Source: Macrostomum lignano
Taxonomy: Eukaryota
Length of the DNA stretch: 64,000 nt
NCBI GenBank assembly: GCA_002269645.1
Contig: NIVC01000200.1
Span: 496,001-560,000 of the forward strand
Direction of reading: 5' to 3'
Shown here in pieces: positions 58,788 to 64,000 of this stretch. Numbering within the stretch: position 1 is the first letter of the stretch; each line of letters opens with the position of its first letter. The translations under genes and the position numbers were made by a program. Below the pieces are notes generated by a model that was not told the origin of the DNA, searched no databases, and worked only from the letters and a program-made list of their open reading frames with translations.

Positions 58788-60085
58788 ATGTCTAGCCAAA
58801 CTGAAAGCAGCAAACAAGCAAGCGGCAGCGCAGCCGGCTGCGATGATTGTCAAGATGCCGAGGATGACGAAGCGTCTTCATCCTCCTCTTCTTCGTCTTC
58901 TTCAACTTCGTCATCCCTAGCGGGATCGCCTGCTACTGTGGGCGCGGCCGCAGTTGCTTCCGGCGGTCGAGGCGTCGATCATCAGCAGGGCCTGTCGGAC
59001 GCGTTGGAGCATTTTCGACGCGACTGGCGTCAGGAGCTGGAATCGCGTCGTGGTCGACAGCAGCCGCAACAGCAGCAGCAACAGCAGCAACAGCAGCAAC
59101 AGCAAAAGCAACAACAATTGAAGCCAATCGTGGATTCATTGCGTCATCTTCAACTGCAGAAAGTTGACAACGGTAGCGACGACGAATTTGATGAAGATGA
59201 TGACGACAATGATGAAGTTGAAGAAGAAACGTTTGTCAAAGAAATCAAAGATGAACAAAGAGAAGATGATAAAGACTCTGATGATGACAATAGCTCTGCC
59301 GCTAATTTGACCAGCCTGCCAGCTGAATGCCTGCTATTAATAGCCCAATGGATTGTTGGCGGCAATAACCAGCTGGACTATCGGAGCCTGTGCCGTTTAG
59401 CCAGCGTGTCGCGCGTGTTCCACCGGCTGGCTCACGATCGCCTGCTCTGGTCGATGATCGGTCGACGGCTATGGAGCATCGATTGCGCTACTAGGGAGCT
59501 GGTGTTGAGCAGAGCTCAGCCGCTATTCGACGGCGTCTACATTGGCAGGTGTAGCTACGTTAGAATTGGCGAACGCGACATTGGCCAGTGCTATCGACCC
59601 TGCTTTCTAATCGAATATTATCGCTATCTGAGATTCCATCCGCCGGCTAGAGGCCAAGCTCTGCGGGGTCGAGTCGAATTATTGACTTCCAATGACCCGC
59701 CGGAGCTTCTACTGCCGAACTTGTCGTTGCAGTCGAGCTTGCTGACAGGCGAATACGAGTACCAGCTTCCTGGCAGCCACTCGGAGCCCTGCCTGCTGCG
59801 CTGCGTCTTCCGCACCCGACAGACTGGCGGCGGAGGCAGCGGCGTTGGCAAACGTGGGGCCGCTTCGTCGGCCGCCTGGGAACGGAGTGTGGATTATTTC
59901 TGCGATTTCCAAGTGAAGCCCAGCGCTTCCATTGCTGCGCTGCAGGAGGAGGCAGCGGCGCCGGCGCCGGCTGGGCCCGGGGATGACGTTGAGGATGGCG
60001 CATCGAAAGCTGCCAGACGGAGGAGTCGCTCGGCAACGAGGTGGAACTGCCGGATTCACTGGCTGCGTTATGAGATGGCCATTCG
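58788..60085 (+). CDS. fbxo9: F-box only protein 9 (FBXO9/Hrt3)-like, first coding exon; 3' exon(s) not located
   Basis: LEHFRRDWRQEL, F-box LPAECLLLIAQWIV...DYRSLCRLASVSRVF...LW, and FDGVYIGRCSYVRIGE...IEYYRYLRFHP match FBXO9 motifs. Donor CG|GTGAGT at 60085/60086. Confidence 0.88.
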
Positions 60086-60199
60086 GTGAGTGCGGCTGTT
60101 CTGGGTCTTGATGGCAGAGGTGGCTTGATGCTCCTCAAGTCTCCCGGGTCTTGTTGGCGTAGGTGGCTTGATGGTCATCAAGTCTCCCAGAAACTCAGT

Positions 60200-60672
60200 T
60201 ACTGGGCCAGCCTCCCAGATCCTCAGTTGCTGGGCCAGCCTCCCAGATCCTCAGTTACTGGGCCAGCCTCCAAGAGTGTCAGTTGCTGGGCCAGCCTCCT
60301 AGATCCTCAGTTACTGGGCCAGCCTCCCAGAGTGTCAGTTGCTGGGCCAGCCTCCCAGTGTCACTTGCTGGGCCAGCCTCCCAGATCCTCAGTTGCTGGG
60401 CCAGCCTCCCAAATCCTCGGTTGCTGGGCCAGTCTCCCAGATCCGCAGTTACTGGGCCAGTCTCCCAGATCCTCAGTTGCTGGGCCAGCCTCCCAAATCC
60501 TCGGTTGCTGGGCCAGTCTCCCAGATCCGCAGTTACTGGGCCAGCCTCCCAGATCCTCAGTTGCTGGGCCAGCCTCCCAAATCCTCGGTTGCTGGGCCAG
60601 TCTCCCAGATCCGCAGTTACTGGGCCAGTCTCCCAGATCCGCAGTTGCTGGGCCAGCCTCCCAGATCTTCAG
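60200..60672. repeat. 28-bp minisatellite GCTGGGCCAGCCTCCCAGATCCTCAGTT (FBXO9 intron)
   Basis: About 17 copies with a higher-order alternation of variants. Confidence 0.94.
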
Positions 60673-61429
60673 TTCGTTCGCACTTAAAATTTGACCAGGA
60701 AATACTTAAAATAAAATGCACATCTATTCCAGCAAGGCAAATAACTATTCACAAAATTTTACAGCCCTGCGCAAAGATGAATGCGTTTTAACCTAACATT
60801 AGTGCATCACTGTGTTTGTCGCCTTTGGATTTAGAATACATGCTTTCATGCCAATAAAATATATTTATCACTGGGAACACTTGAAGCGGGGAAGCAACTG
60901 CTGCAATTGTTGATGGGCTCCGCCTTGGAGGAAGAGAGAGGGGCGGCGATATTGCTGACACAGTTGGGTTTTTGTAGAATTCACAAATCTTTTGGTGAGT
61001 TTTTTGTTCACCTTTTTCTCCTATTCCCAAAGGCCCGACCCCCCCCCCCAGCTTCATGAGTGCACGCGCCAGACGTAATTTTTTACTGGCCTCATCAATC
61101 TTTGAACTTTCAACACCAGCTGGGGGGGGGGCTTGTGTAGTTTGTTTGCTTTAGCCGTGTTAGTAAGGCAACATTAATGTTCGAGGTTCATCGTTATCTG
61201 CTTGTTGTAACACTGCCGAATCTTTGCTGCTTTTGACTGTCTCCGCTTGTGCCTCTTTCCTTCTGTCCTTCGCTCCCTTCGCTTGTTGGCATTATTAAAT
61301 TTAACTGCTTTTTTATTGCCTGATAGAGGAAAATCTTCATGCGTCTGCCTCTCTGCCTGTCTGGTTTGTCTCTTCACTTGCTAGGTGCGGTACTGCTCAT
61401 TTGCGTGACTTTCTTCGTACCGGTGCTCT

Positions 61430-62715
61430 CTGGCTGTCCTGACTCCCTCCCTGACCCTCTCTGTGCCTCCATGACCCTCTCTGTTCCTCCCTGATCCTCT
61501 CTGTGCCTCCCTGGCCCTCTATGTGCCTCCCTGACCCTCTCCGTGCCTCCCTCCCTGACCCTCTCTGTGCCTCCATGACCCTCTCTGTGCCTCTCTGACC
61601 CTCTCTGTGCCTCTCTGACCCTCTATGTTCCTCCCTGATCCTCTCTGTGCCTCCCTGGCCCTCTCTGTGCCTCCATGACCCTCTCTGTGCCTCCATGACC
61701 CTCTCTGTGCCTCCATGACCCTCTCTGTGCCTCTCTGACCCTCTCTGTGCCTCTCTGACCCTCTCTGTGCCTCCATGACCCTCTCTGTGCCTCTCTGACC
61801 CTCTCTGTGCCTCTCTGACCCTCTCTGTGCCTCTCTGACCCTCTCTGTGCCTCCATGACCCTCTCTGTGCCTCTCTGACCCTCTCTGTGCCTCTCTGACT
61901 CTCTATGTTCCTCCCTGGCCCTCTATGTGCCTCCCTCACCCTCTCCGTGCCTCCCTCCCTGACCCTCTCTGTGCCTCCCTGACCCTCCTCTCCGTGCCTC
62001 TCTCCCTGACCCTCTCTGTGCCTCCCTGACCCTCCTCTCCGTGCCTCCCTGACCCTCCTCTCCGTGCCTCCCTCCCTGACCCTCCTCTCCGTGCCTCCCT
62101 CCCTGGCCCTCTCTGTGCCTCCATGACCCTCTCTGTGCCTCCATGACCCTCTCTGTGCCTCCATGACCCTCTCTGTGCCTCCATGACCCTCTCTGTGCCT
62201 CTCTGACCCTCTCTGTGCCTCTCTGACCCTCTCTGTGCCTCCATGACCCTCTCTGTGCCTCTCTGACCCTCTCTGTGCCTCTCTGACCCTCTCTGTGCCT
62301 CCATGACCCTCTCTGTGCCTCCATGACCCTCTCTGTGCCTCTCTGACCCTCTCTGTGCCTCTCTGACTCTCTATGTTCCTCCCTGGCCCTCTATGTGCCT
62401 CCCTCACCCTCTCCGTGCCTCCCTCCCTGACCCTCTCTGTGCCTCCCTGACCCTCCTCTCCGTGCCTCCCTCCCTGACCCTCTCTGTGCCTCCCTGACCC
62501 TCCTCTCCGTGCCTCCCTCCCTGACCCTCCTCTCCGTGCCTCCCTCCCTGACCCTCTCTGTGCCTCCCTGACCCTCCTCTCCGTGCCTGCCTCCATGACC
62601 CTCTCCGTGCCTCCCTCCCTGACCCTCTCTGTGCCTCCCTGACCCTCCTCTCCGTGCCTGCCTCCATGGCCCTCTCCGTGCCTCCCTCCCTGACCCTCTC
62701 TGTGCCTCCCTACCT
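61430..62715. repeat. ~20-bp CT-rich minisatellite CTGACCCTCTCTGTGCCTC(T/C)
   Basis: Direct reading. It is the source of the antisense ORFs 61397..62764. Confidence 0.95.
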
Positions 62716-64000
62716 GACCCACATTCAGATCCTGCATTTTCGTAGACGTTCTAGCATACAGCATTGGTCCGGCCTGTTTTAAATTTCAAAAAGTGTACAC
62801 AATTTTCTTATTTCTTGCCAAAAGCTATGACCATTACAATCGTATATAATAATGATCGCTAAAAGTTTAGATTGGCTTGCAATACGGTTCGTATAAATTT
62901 TAAAGAAATTTAAATGCGTTCGACTGCAGTTCCAATACCATGATTAAGGATCTTATTTGCTGCTATTTTTTCTGTTAAACTGCTTGCGAAAAAAGAAGCT
63001 TTATGTAAGTCATTAGTGCAAAAAGTGGAATGCTTTCGAGGTCTGTTTTGACTTTACCCCCAAAAATTTCGGCGAAAAAAGAAGAACAAGAAGAACCGAG
63101 AAGTACAAGGCTGAAGAACCCCAATTTGACAGTCAGAATGTGAAGGATTCTTTGAAACAGGCCTTCAAAACTGTTTGATTCCTTGCTTTCGTTTGCCACT
63201 TGAAACTTTTGACAGATAGATATTCCTGTATGGAAGATCGCAGAAAGATTCGCAGGAATGAGGCCTGCTAAAGTCATTGCTATGTAGATGGCGTTCTTCT
63301 ATTTTCCGTGCTGTTGCCAATTTAAATGCTGAAAGTTCACGCAGTCAAGTTCCTCATCTGCTGAGCTAGTTCGATCTGTTAAACTATCCTTTTCCTCTCT
63401 TGATAAGTTGGCATCCGTACTCGTTCGCATTCGTTGCTAACCGAATCTAGTTTAATTTAACTGTCCGCCTGCCTCTGTATCTGGGGGCTAGTCTCTTGGG
63501 GGGCGAGGAGATGACTGAAACGAGTACTCGGGAAAAATTGATGCAAAGTTATCCGATTTTATATTGTACATTGGGCGTCCCGAGACAGTGTGAAGACTCA
63601 GTGAGCCTACTGCAGTACAGTACCGCTGGAAATTGTCTGATAAAGTAGCTTATATCAGTTAGTAATTTAAAATACAGTCGATTTATTTGTATTCACTAAT
63701 GAGAATGTAAAAGCGGCAATATAATCATTGTTTCAGCAGCATGTTATTAAAGTGCCCATCCCGAAACCACTGGCAATTGTAACACTTAGGGTGCTGAGTA
63801 GGAAATACAATCCCGGGATCCCCATCAATTTAGTTGTTCTACTTTGATTTCTTAATCTTTCAAGCATGCAGGCTAGTGAGTAGAAGGCTGTAGGGCTGCA
63901 GAGATGCAAAACAGAAGCTGTAAAGGTGTAATAACGTAGAACTACCTTATGCAGTCCCTAACTTCAAAACTCCTTGGCCGTAGTGGGGATTAGAACAGTG

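Noticed and set aside
61397-62764. 455-aa Arg/Glu/Gly-rich ORF on the minus strand
   Set aside because: It is the antisense reading of a CT-rich 20-bp array.

Overview
This is eukaryotic (metazoan) genomic DNA with spliceosomal GT-AG introns, Gln/Ala-rich proteins and very dense intronic mini- and microsatellites. The style suggests a Macrostomum-like flatworm, but that assignment is an inference. Five spliced protein-coding genes were reconstructed by hand with phase-consistent splice sites. (1) A DEG/ENaC (ASIC-like) channel, minus strand, 4 exons, 57-6082, about 626 aa. (2) A MATH-BTB (SPOP-like) adaptor, minus strand, 3 exons, 7365-9837, about 424 aa. (3) A FoxJ1-like forkhead factor, minus strand, 3 exons, 23593-31241, about 757 aa, whose DNA-recognition helix reads SAVRYNLT instead of the canonical NSIRHNLS. 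(4) A highly divergent PP2A scaffold A-like HEAT protein, plus strand, 10 exons, 43708-54732, about 733 aa, with altered B-subunit contacts and a C-terminal extension of about 129 aa. (5) An FBXO9/Hrt3-like F-box gene, plus strand, from 58788, whose last exon was not located. The window also holds a frameshifted WSC-domain pseudo-exon, three CORE-SINE copies, several MITE/foldback DNA elements with visible TIRs and TSDs (one nested), and more than 25 tandem arrays. Several arrays appear to have grown inside or from non-autonomous DNA transposons. Most long ORFs in the supplied track are repeat artefacts or antisense shadows of real exons.
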